Shown here: positions 1 to 7,919 of the stretch, in pieces
How the letters are laid out: the number at the start of each line of letters is the position of its first letter
Position numbering within the stretch: the first letter of the stretch is position 1
DNA from: Alphaproteobacteria bacterium
GTDB taxonomy: Bacteria > Pseudomonadota > Alphaproteobacteria > Micavibrionales > CSBR16-224
DNA length: 37,502 bases
Reading direction: 5' to 3'
Assembly: GCA_006226225.1 (NCBI GenBank)
Contig: SBHI01000063.1
Coordinates: 1-37,502, forward strand
Notes under the pieces: generated by a model
Databases searched by the model: none
Seen by the model: the letters and a program-made list of their open reading frames with translations, nothing else
What the model was told of the DNA's origin: nothing
Program-made: the position numbers and the translations under genes

Positions 1-638
1 CCATCGAAGGCCGCAACTTCATCGCCGGGAAATTCATCGAAGTTACCACCGGCATTTTCATCGAAACCGGTTTGCGGTGCTTCCGCAACTGGCGGCAGAG
101 GCGGCGCTTCCGCAGCAGGAGCTTCCATAGCGGGCGCTTCAGCTACAGGTTCTACAGGAGCTTCAGGTGCAGGGTTTTCGGCGAAAGAAGGTTCTTCCTG
201 TACGGGTGATGTCATCACCGGTTCTTCGGCAGGTGGTGTTGCCTCCGGCTGTGTTTCCGCATCGTCAAAGACAGGGGCTGCGGCCGTATCCTCAATCGCG
301 GGCGGTTCCATAACCGGTGCTTCCGTGACCGGTGCTTCCGCGACAGGCTCGGCAGGCGCGGCCGTTTCGGCAACAGGCGCGTCTTCCGCGGGAGCGGGCG
401 GGGCGGGTTCCGGTTCGTCCATTTCAAGAGACAGACTGGTTTCGGGAATATCATCTGCGGGTTTTTCCGCCGCCGTTTCCGCAGGTGACGGAATTTCGGG
501 TTCGCTGTCATCCAGAGTCAGGCCGCCGTCTGACATAGAGGATGCGCCGTCATCCAACGCCGCAGGAGGCGCTGTTTCAGTGCTGGCCTGTTCTGGTGCT
601 GTGGTTTCCGGATTTTCCTGTTTTGTCTCGTCGGTCAT
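1..638 (-). CDS. Acidic Pro/Ala/Glu-rich, probably disordered protein; N-terminal part only, continues past the window start
   Basis: Not in the ORF track. ATG at 638 is preceded by AGGAAG. The frame is open to base 3 and reads MTDETKQENPETTAPEQAST...IPETSLSLEMDEPEPAPPAPAE...FDEFPGDEVAAFD. It starts 35 bp after the ABC ATPase stop, on the same strand. Confidence 0.8.
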   Translation of the reverse strand, partial: MTDETKQENPETTAPEQASTETAPPAALDDGASSMSDGGLTLDDSEPEIPSPAETAAEKPADDIPETSLSLEMDEPEPAPPAPAEDAPVAETAAPAEPVAEAPVTEAPVMEPPAIEDTAAAPVFDDAETQPEATPPAEEPVMTSPVQEEPSFAENPAPEAPVEPVAEAPAMEAPAAEAPPLPPVAEAPQTGFDENAGGNFDEFPGDEVAAFD

Positions 639-673
639 TTTTATCTTCCTGATCGGGATTAGAGGTCTTTGCT

Positions 674-1429
674 TCAAGCAGCCTTTTTCTTATCTACTGT
701 ACCGATTTTTTTCAAAAAGGCACGTTCTAAATAGTCTTCCTTGGTTTCCTTCTTCAGCTCTTTCGGCGTGCCGAGGAATTGCACGCCGCCGTCATGGACA
801 ATTGTAACACGGTCGCAGATTTCATCCATATCGGCCAGAATGTGCGAACTCAGGAAAATCGTCATACCTTTTTCACGGCAGGCGACGATTTCGTCTTTCA
901 CCAGCACCCGCGCCAGCGGATCAAGTCCTGACATCGGCTCGTCGAGGATCAGCAGCGGGCAGTCGGTCAGAATGGTGCCAAGCAATCCCGTCTTCTGCTT
1001 CATTCCCTTTGAATAGGTATGAACGCGGCGGAACAGAGCGTCAGGGTCAAGAGCCAGTCTTTTTGCGGCCTCCAGAACCGTGAGTTCATGAAAAGGCGTT
1101 TTATACATGGATAAAGAAAATTTGATGAATTCCATTCCCGTCAGGAAGGCGGGCGGTTCAAATTTTTCCGGAAGATAGGCCAATTTTTCTTTGCTTTTGC
1201 GGTCAAGGATCTGGGTGCCGAAAATTTTCGTCTCTCCGGCACTGGCAGGCATCAATCCCAGCATGATTTTAATCAGGGTTGTTTTGCCGACACCGTTCAG
1301 CCCCATCATGCCGAAAGTTTCACCGGTATGCACATCGAAACTTACATGCTCCACCACATTGCCGTTGCCGTAATCGGCGGCGACATTCTTCATGGAAATA
1401 GCGGATTTTTTCGAGGATTCCGTTGCCAT
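674..1429 (-). CDS. ABC transporter ATP-binding protein (ABC-2/PilH-like exporter ATPase)
   Basis: Walker A GLNGVGKTT, signature variant YSKGM, Walker B LLILDEP, H-loop SSH. Starts 2 bp after the upstream gene. Confidence 0.9.
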   Translation of the reverse strand: MATESSKKSAISMKNVAADYGNGNVVEHVSFDVHTGETFGMMGLNGVGKTTLIKIMLGLMPASAGETKIFGTQILDRKSKEKLAYLPEKFEPPAFLTGMEFIKFSLSMYKTPFHELTVLEAAKRLALDPDALFRRVHTYSKGMKQKTGLLGTILTDCPLLILDEPMSGLDPLARVLVKDEIVACREKGMTIFLSSHILADMDEICDRVTIVHDGGVQFLGTPKELKKETKEDYLERAFLKKIGTVDKKKAA

Positions 1430-1431
1430 GC

Positions 1432-1965
1432 TTATCCTTTTCCGGGAAGCAAAAGCCCCGTTTCAATATCGTAAAACTGGTTCGGGCGCAGTGTGATGAA
1501 AATAACATCGTTAAAGCCGTAATCAAACCATTTCAGATGGATTTTGGTCGGTTCAACCTGGATATTGATAATCTCCGGCAATTGGTTTTTTGGTGTCACG
1601 CGGTTACCGTTCAACCAGACGACCCAATCATCGGGTGATTTATAGAGAACGCCGGACAATGTCAGAATACGCGGTTTTTTCGGCTTGTTGGATTGCGTGT
1701 CACCCGTCGCGCTGATGCCGAGCAGCGCACGTTGAATGGCGGAGATTTCCTCATCCTTAAAAAACAGGCTTTTGCTATAGGGCGCGGCTTTCGGATCAAA
1801 CGGTGCGGGCTTTGCCGCCTCGTTCTGCGGCGTATTTTCTTCTGTGCCGTTAACGGCGGCAATTTTGTCAGCGGCAGGATTTTGTGCAAAAGCATCCTGC
1901 TGCGGCATCATCAGAAATGCGCAAAGGCAGGCGAAACACAAAATCCGTACAAAATATGCTTTCAT
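1432..1965 (-). CDS. Exported pilus/T2SS accessory protein (PilP/GspC-HR/MshK-like)
   Basis: Signal peptide ending AFA-Q. C-terminal LTLSGVLYKSPDDWVVWLNG beta motif resembles PilP/GspC HR domains. Position in the operon fits. Confidence 0.55.
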   Translation of the reverse strand: MKAYFVRILCFACLCAFLMMPQQDAFAQNPAADKIAAVNGTEENTPQNEAAKPAPFDPKAAPYSKSLFFKDEEISAIQRALLGISATGDTQSNKPKKPRILTLSGVLYKSPDDWVVWLNGNRVTPKNQLPEIINIQVEPTKIHLKWFDYGFNDVIFITLRPNQFYDIETGLLLPGKG

Positions 1966-2059
1966 AAATCCCTAATATCCTGTTATGCGCGGAACAATCC
2001 TTTTCAAGATAGTCGTTTTTGCCCCGTGCGGCAATTTTTCAAAACTCTTCCGCGCCGTT

Positions 2060-2737
2060 TTACCGGCGGCGCGGTGTTGTCGGCAAATTTTCCTCCGGTA
2101 GCGGTGCCATATTATACCAGTCCAGCAGAACCGTTGCCGTAATTAGTCCTTCCTGCGTACCAAGAGCGATACGATCCAGCGCTTTTTCGAAAGTATCGGG
2201 GTTCGCTCTGATCAACGAAACCGAGGTCACGCGCGTATGGCCTGCGGCTTGCGTATTCAATTGGTGTATCATGCGATAAATATCCGTGTCAAAAAAGGCG
2301 GAGATGTTGGACAAGGTGATCTGGCGCTTTTGCAGCATGTTCTTTGTCAATTCGACTTCGCGGCTTTTAATTGTGACCGGTTCCCCGATTTCGTACTGCA
2401 TGTTGATAATGCGGTTTGCCGTACGCTGTGCCGCGATGAAATCAAAAACCTGCGCCTGAGGGTTCTCTTCCTCACCGGTCAGAATGAAGCCTTTGTCTTT
2501 TAAGGTGTTATATCTGTCGATATTTTCATTGTAATAGACCATCTCGTCTTTGATATTCACGATAGAGCGGCGCAATTTGTTGATTTCGCCGTCAAGCGTG
2601 CGCAGATTTCTTTCTGCATCGGTGCGCAGCGGCGTTGCCCACAGAAACCATGTCGCGAATAAAACAAGATTGAAGGCAACCAGCACACCAAGTGTGGCCA
2701 ATAATCTGGGACCGATAATGCGGAGGGTGTCCATCAT
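2060..2737 (-). CDS. PilO/GspM-like inner-membrane alignment protein
   Basis: Single N-terminal TM, coiled coil (AERNLRTLDGEINKLRRSI), then an alpha/beta domain. ATGA overlap with the upstream gene. Confidence 0.55.
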   Translation of the reverse strand: MMDTLRIIGPRLLATLGVLVAFNLVLFATWFLWATPLRTDAERNLRTLDGEINKLRRSIVNIKDEMVYYNENIDRYNTLKDKGFILTGEEENPQAQVFDFIAAQRTANRIINMQYEIGEPVTIKSREVELTKNMLQKRQITLSNISAFFDTDIYRMIHQLNTQAAGHTRVTSVSLIRANPDTFEKALDRIALGTQEGLITATVLLDWYNMAPLPEENLPTTPRRR

Positions 2738-4395
2738 ATGTGCGCACCTTTCAGCATGATTTCCGCATAATTCTCTTCAGGCCGGAGATTTTGTTGCTGT
2801 TGTTTCTTGTCACTCTCCTGAAAATTACCGCTCAAAGCGCCGTCGGTTATCTGATCGGCGGCTGTACCGTATTGTTTGGTAATCTCGGCTTTCATGCTGG
2901 GAAAATCGCGTTCAAAAGACAGCTTGACCGCATCAACGGTTTTGATTTTTTCTTCAATCGGCATCTTGTCCGGCAGGCGGAAGCGGACAAAAATAGAGAA
3001 GTTTTTCTCATTTTCATTGCGAAGTCCCGCAAGCCCTGTACGGGCTTTCGGCTTCTTATCGGTAATATCCGCATCCGGTGTTCTCATATCGTCGTAAGTC
3101 AGGCTCAGCAATGTGGCACGGTCTTTGATAACACCGTTCACTTTTTCCAGAATGGTATAGGAATAAAGCGTATTATCTTCAATCTGCTCTTTCAGCTCCA
3201 GCGTTGTGCGCACGGTTTTCGGGCGGACGGGCAGCACGTCAAAGATTTTGGCTTCCTGCTCGTATTCCTGCTCCAGAATGCGTTTATTGCCTTCGCGGTC
3301 GGCGATATCCTGCTGGAAATCCGTGTATTGCTGCCAGGTCGTGAATGCCAGATAGCATAGCGCCAGCATGCCAATCGCCAAAAGGCCGGAGGCTGATTTA
3401 GCAATCTGGCGTGGTACGGCGATTTTTTCGATCCAGTCGATTTTGAACGGCATCTTCAGTTTGCGCTGGCGCGCCAGCCAACCGGCATGCAGCAGATCCG
3501 CATATTGGTCATTCGGGTTTTTCCGTTTACTGGAAATGGAAAAACCGAAGGCTTTGGCGGCTTCGTCTACGGTATAAAGGTACAAATTCGCACCTTTGAA
3601 GTCGCGGCTTTGCAGTTCTTTTTTATTGTTCTCGTTACAGATGATCACGATATCCAAACCGTCTGCAGTCGAAAATCCGAAACGCGAGATATAGCCCATT
3701 GTACCGGTAAATTCGTGATACAGCTCTTCCACCCAGTTCGGGTTTTCCGGAGAGTTATCGGCCAGCGGTGTCAGACGCGTTAAGGCCAGCGTTCCGTCTT
3801 TTGTGAAAATCTGCCGGAGGCCACCCGTCTCATGGTGACTGATCATCAAAGTCCAGCGTGAGGTGGGCGCATCCTTATCTTTTTTCTTTTTTGATTTCTT
3901 GCTCAGCTTATCAATAAACGTTCCGGCGAAATGCGAAGATTCAACAGGCAGGAAGGCCAGCCCCGCAATATCGACACGGGATTCTTTCAAAATACCTTCC
4001 AGTCGGCGCATATGCTCTGTCGAGGGCAGGGCGGCAATCAGATAGGAATTATGTTTGCTTTTGACTTTCGTTTTCTTGGGCGGCTTCAAATGCACAAAGG
4101 AATAGGCCAGAACATTCGGGAACAAGGTGTTCAGCTTGCGCTTCACCAGTTTTTTCTGGTCAAGAATGTTTGTGCGGACAATATCTTCCTTACGGTATTG
4201 CTGCTCCAGTGCATCATAGAGAATGAAGACGGGGGTGTTGATGTTTTTCTTGTTTTGCAGAACCTCTACCAGCTCCTGCTCAAGATTCGGAACAGCCCAT
4301 GGCAACGAGCACTCGCGTTCGATCTTCGTGCCGTTCGTTAAGAACAGCGCGATTCCCTCATCACCCAGTACAAGTACGCGAAGCTTTCTCGCCAT
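2734..4395 (-). CDS. PilM-PilN fusion / GspL-like protein
   Basis: About 330-aa cytoplasmic domain, one TM (ASGLLAIGMLALCYLAFTTW), a coiled coil and a periplasmic domain. Lies directly after the pilC-like gene. Confidence 0.55.
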   Translation of the reverse strand: MARKLRVLVLGDEGIALFLTNGTKIERECSLPWAVPNLEQELVEVLQNKKNINTPVFILYDALEQQYRKEDIVRTNILDQKKLVKRKLNTLFPNVLAYSFVHLKPPKKTKVKSKHNSYLIAALPSTEHMRRLEGILKESRVDIAGLAFLPVESSHFAGTFIDKLSKKSKKKKDKDAPTSRWTLMISHHETGGLRQIFTKDGTLALTRLTPLADNSPENPNWVEELYHEFTGTMGYISRFGFSTADGLDIVIICNENNKKELQSRDFKGANLYLYTVDEAAKAFGFSISSKRKNPNDQYADLLHAGWLARQRKLKMPFKIDWIEKIAVPRQIAKSASGLLAIGMLALCYLAFTTWQQYTDFQQDIADREGNKRILEQEYEQEAKIFDVLPVRPKTVRTTLELKEQIEDNTLYSYTILEKVNGVIKDRATLLSLTYDDMRTPDADITDKKPKARTGLAGLRNENEKNFSIFVRFRLPDKMPIEEKIKTVDAVKLSFERDFPSMKAEITKQYGTAADQITDGALSGNFQESDKKQQQQNLRPEENYAEIMLKGAHI

Positions 4396-4413
4396 AGGTT
4401 TGGCGGTCCTTTC

Positions 4414-5631
4414 CTACATTCCCATTGTGGTGGCCGTGTCGTAAACAGGCCCGAAAACGGCTGCCAGAATCCATACGATAATCAAGCCAAGTACGGCTGT
4501 CAACGCAGGCTCGATTGCCTGAATCATCGCATCAACGGCATCGTTGACGTCATTGTTATAAAATTCCACGACCTGATTTAAGACGGTTGTCAAACTACCG
4601 GATTCCTCGCCGATTTTCAGCATACGCACAACCATGGACGGGAACTCTCCCGAGGTTTCCATGGCATCCGATAGCGGCGTTCCCTGCTGCACCTGTTCGC
4701 GCACATCTTCCAGCGCCTCCAGCAGAACCAGATTTCCAACGGTCTGTTCTGCGGATTTCAAGCATTTCAAAACTTCCAGACCACTGTTAAAGAGAACACC
4801 GAAGGTCTGGGCAAAACGTGACAGGCTAATTTTACGGATCAGCATACCGAACATCGGCAGACGCAAGGCAAAGGAGTCGGTTGCGCGCCGGAAACCATAA
4901 GAGCTACTGCGCATAACTTTGATGAACATATAAAAAGCAATCATTGCCCCCAGCGTATGCAGAGAGTAATTCACAAAAAAGTCCGATGTGGCAATCAGCG
5001 CCTTGGTAATCGGCGGGATTTCCTGATCCAGACTTAAAAGAAACTCTGTAATCTGCGGAATAACCTTGGCCATCATCAGCCAGACAACCAGTGAAATCAC
5101 GACAATCACGATTTTCGGATAGCGTGTTGCTTTTGTCACCTTCGTGTTCATCTCATCCGTCCATTTCAGGTGATGGACAAGCTGTTTGAAGGAGTTGGTC
5201 AGGTTACCCGTTTCCTCACCGGCGGCAATCAGCGAGATAAAAATCTGACCGAATTCGCGCGGATGCACGGCCATGGCTGCAGAGAGGGACTGACCCTCGG
5301 ATACATCGCGGTAAATATCCATCATAATATCACGCAGGCGCGCAGATTCGGTTGTGTCGCGGATATCTGCCAGACCGTCCATCAACGGCACACCGGCACG
5401 CTGCAACTGCTCAAGATGGACAAACAGCTGAATCAAATCGCGGGTTTTGACGCCGCGGGTCAAGGCTGCGCTCAATTTACCCTTTTTATCGCTGACTTCC
5501 TTACAGTCAATCAGCTCGTAACCGCGTTTTTCCAACTGCTGCGCAAGATCATTCTCGTTCGCAGCGGAAATCACACCCCGGACAGGGTGGCCTTTGGTAT
5601 TAAGTGCGCGATAACTGAATTTTACAGACAT
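4414..5631 (-). CDS. pilC: Type IV pilus/T2SS inner-membrane platform protein PilC/GspF
   Basis: N-terminal FSYRALNTKGHPVRGVISA, two T2SSF repeats (AGEETGNL; IGEESGSL), C-terminal IEP motif, 405 aa. Confidence 0.92.
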   Translation of the reverse strand: MSVKFSYRALNTKGHPVRGVISAANENDLAQQLEKRGYELIDCKEVSDKKGKLSAALTRGVKTRDLIQLFVHLEQLQRAGVPLMDGLADIRDTTESARLRDIMMDIYRDVSEGQSLSAAMAVHPREFGQIFISLIAAGEETGNLTNSFKQLVHHLKWTDEMNTKVTKATRYPKIVIVVISLVVWLMMAKVIPQITEFLLSLDQEIPPITKALIATSDFFVNYSLHTLGAMIAFYMFIKVMRSSSYGFRRATDSFALRLPMFGMLIRKISLSRFAQTFGVLFNSGLEVLKCLKSAEQTVGNLVLLEALEDVREQVQQGTPLSDAMETSGEFPSMVVRMLKIGEESGSLTTVLNQVVEFYNNDVNDAVDAMIQAIEPALTAVLGLIIVWILAAVFGPVYDTATTMGM

Positions 5632-5764
5632 TTACTTCCAACATCCTCCACCGGAAACATACCTAAAAAACGCCATCATGGAAAAGCACGATGCGCATTT
5701 CTTACATACTCTTTTAGAGTGGCATCACATGCCGAAAAGCACAAGCCATAATATTGCGGCAGGT

Positions 5765-7762
5765 CTAAATCCTGTCTGTGAAATCGACAACTTTCATCAG
5801 GGCTTCAAGAGATGTCTTGCCTTCGAGAATTTTGAGAATACCGTCATCCAGCATGCTTTTGAAGCCTTTTTCTTTGGCTTTTGCTTTCAATTGCGCTTTA
5901 TGTGCGTTTTCCGCGATCAGATCGTTCAGATCTTCGTCCATGAATAAAATTTCCACAACGGCTGTCCGGCCGCTATAACCGGTATTGTCGCAATGCGGGC
6001 AGCCTTTGGCTTCGAAAATCTGGGGCGGATTGGCGGGGTCGACGCCCAGCATGCGGCATTCTTCTTCCGTTGCCGTTTTTTCCTGTTTGCAATCCGTACA
6101 CAGCAGACGTACCAGACGCTGAGCAAAACAGGCGATAATGGCACCGGCCAGCATCCCCGGTTTCAAATGCAGATCCAGCAAACGCGGGATGGCACCGAAG
6201 CTGTCATTGGTGTGCAGTGAGGTATAGACCTGATGACCGGTCATAGCGGCTTTCAGAGCCTGTTCCGCAGTCGTTTGGTCACGCACCTCACCGACGAAGA
6301 TGATATCCGGATCCTGACGCAGCAGGGCTTTAACACCGTCACCGAAGGTTAGACCCGCCCCCTCGCGGACGTTGGCCTGACGGATCATCGGCAGGGAATA
6401 TTCCACCGGATCCTCAAGGGTCATGATGTTGACGTCAACGCGGTTGGCTTCGTTCAGCATGGAATAAAGCGAGGTCGTTTTACCACTACCCGTCGGGCCG
6501 GTTACGATAATGATGCCTTCAGGGCGTGATTGCGCCTTTTTAATCAATTTCATATTGTGATCACTAAAGCCCAGCTTGGCCAGCGGCACGATCCCCGAAC
6601 TTTTATCCAGAACACGCAGGACGAAGTTTTCACCATGAACGGTCGGCAGAGAGGAGACACGGAAATCGGCCTCGCGGCCACCCGCATCAATACTGAAACG
6701 GCCATCCTGCGGCATCATCTTGTCGGCGATATTCATGCTGGCCATAATTTTCAGGCGCTGGGCAATCGCCGTCCAATATTCTTTGTGAATAATATAGGTT
6801 GACCGCAAAACGCCATCAATCCGGTAACGGATACGGGCAAAACTTTCTTCAGGGTTGAAGTGCAAATCCGAGGCGCCGATCTTCACGCCGTTCATCACCA
6901 GCGCATTGACAAGGCGCACAATCGGGTGACTGTAACCGGCATCTTCGCTGATGTCATCCAGCTCAATATTGCTGACATCTTCACCGGCCAGCTCTTTCAG
7001 AATACCTTCCACGGAGGTGGCATAACCATAGGCTGCGTCCAGAGCCTCTGTCAGAACACCTTGCGGGCAGATTTGCTGCTTGATCACGCAGCCTTTCGGC
7101 AGCAGACGGCGCAGTTTATCCATTGCGACAACGTCATAGGGGTCAACCATCGCAACGACGGCTTCGTTTTTCTCTTTATCAAAGGAAATCGGCAGCATCT
7201 GGAATTTCTGGGCATCTTTTTTAGAGACCATGTCCAGAATTTCAGAGTCATAAAGAACGTTTTTGGGGTTAAAGTTCTCAAAACCGGCATCTTCCGCCAG
7301 AATGGCTGACAGATCATTGGCGCTGATAAAGCCGAGGTCAACCATAATTTCCCCAAGCATCTTGTCGGGGTGGTTTTGTTTCTCGTAAAGGGCAACGTTC
7401 AGCTGCTCTTTGTCAATCAGCCCGGCAACAATCAGCCGCTCACCGATCGGCAGGCGTTTTTTATCCTGCGGCGGGGCAGCTGCACCCTCTGCGGGCGGCG
7501 CTGCGGCGGCATCTGCGGGCGCGCTGTCGGCATCGTCACCGCTATCCATTTCAAGTTCCAGAGATAATCCGCCCGGATCGCTATCGGCTTCTCCGTTTGA
7601 GGTTCCGTTACCGTTGGGCGGCGGATGAGCGGGAGCAGTGTCGCCTTGTTTTTCTTCGGCGGCAGGCAAAATCGTCGGATTCATATCAAAGGACAAATCG
7701 GACGAGCTTTCCTCATTCCGTTTATCCGTGTCCGATGTCATATTGTTGCTCATTCCTAACAT
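5765..7762 (-). CDS. pilB: Type IV pilus/T2SS assembly ATPase PilB/GspE with an acidic N-terminal extension and MshEN-like domain
   Basis: Walker A GPTGSGKT, TLEDPVEY Asp box, LRQDPDIIFVGEVRD Walker B, TGH..S.LHTND His box, CTDC...CPHC zinc motif. The exact start among the first few ATGs is uncertain. Confidence 0.93.
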   Translation of the reverse strand: MLGMSNNMTSDTDKRNEESSSDLSFDMNPTILPAAEEKQGDTAPAHPPPNGNGTSNGEADSDPGGLSLELEMDSGDDADSAPADAAAAPPAEGAAAPPQDKKRLPIGERLIVAGLIDKEQLNVALYEKQNHPDKMLGEIMVDLGFISANDLSAILAEDAGFENFNPKNVLYDSEILDMVSKKDAQKFQMLPISFDKEKNEAVVAMVDPYDVVAMDKLRRLLPKGCVIKQQICPQGVLTEALDAAYGYATSVEGILKELAGEDVSNIELDDISEDAGYSHPIVRLVNALVMNGVKIGASDLHFNPEESFARIRYRIDGVLRSTYIIHKEYWTAIAQRLKIMASMNIADKMMPQDGRFSIDAGGREADFRVSSLPTVHGENFVLRVLDKSSGIVPLAKLGFSDHNMKLIKKAQSRPEGIIIVTGPTGSGKTTSLYSMLNEANRVDVNIMTLEDPVEYSLPMIRQANVREGAGLTFGDGVKALLRQDPDIIFVGEVRDQTTAEQALKAAMTGHQVYTSLHTNDSFGAIPRLLDLHLKPGMLAGAIIACFAQRLVRLLCTDCKQEKTATEEECRMLGVDPANPPQIFEAKGCPHCDNTGYSGRTAVVEILFMDEDLNDLIAENAHKAQLKAKAKEKGFKSMLDDGILKILEGKTSLEALMKVVDFTDRI

Positions 7763-7838
7763 TTTTTTTATTTCATTGGTTACGGGTTATTATTGTTGAC
7801 CTTTGTTCCCTTTATAAGAGTTACATATAAAAATGACA

Positions 7839-7885
7839 AATTCGTTAACAAAAGGCGGTTTTGTGTTTAAAAACGAATTATTTAA
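7839..7885. promoter_or_regulatory. Imperfect palindrome with a near-consensus CtrA-type box upstream of pilB
   Basis: AATTCGTT (7839-46) and AACGAATT (7872-79) are inverted repeats around ACAAAA-GGCGG-TTTTGT. TTAA-N7-TTAT lies at 7867-7881. Confidence 0.35.
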
Positions 7886-7919
7886 CGGTTTTTTGCGTAT
7901 TTAGCCCTGGAATGCGGGC

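Noticed and set aside
60-400. Short GCTTC/GGTGCTTCCG repeats as a CRISPR or tandem array
   Set aside because: Irregular spacing; they are explained by EAP codons in a low-complexity protein.
215-807. Track ORFs 215-511, 325-807 and 332-538
   Set aside because: Alternative-frame or antisense shadows of the acidic low-complexity gene at 1-638, which has a Shine-Dalgarno and fits the operon.
2060-2080. PRRR C-terminus of the PilO-like protein as part of the Arg-tail family
   Set aside because: It is a membrane-anchored structural protein with only three Arg and no RRxL motif.
7762-7769. T8 run at the pilB start, and G-run at 36316-36321, as phase-variation tracts
   Set aside because: Too short; ordinary for AT-rich intergenic DNA or a Shine-Dalgarno.
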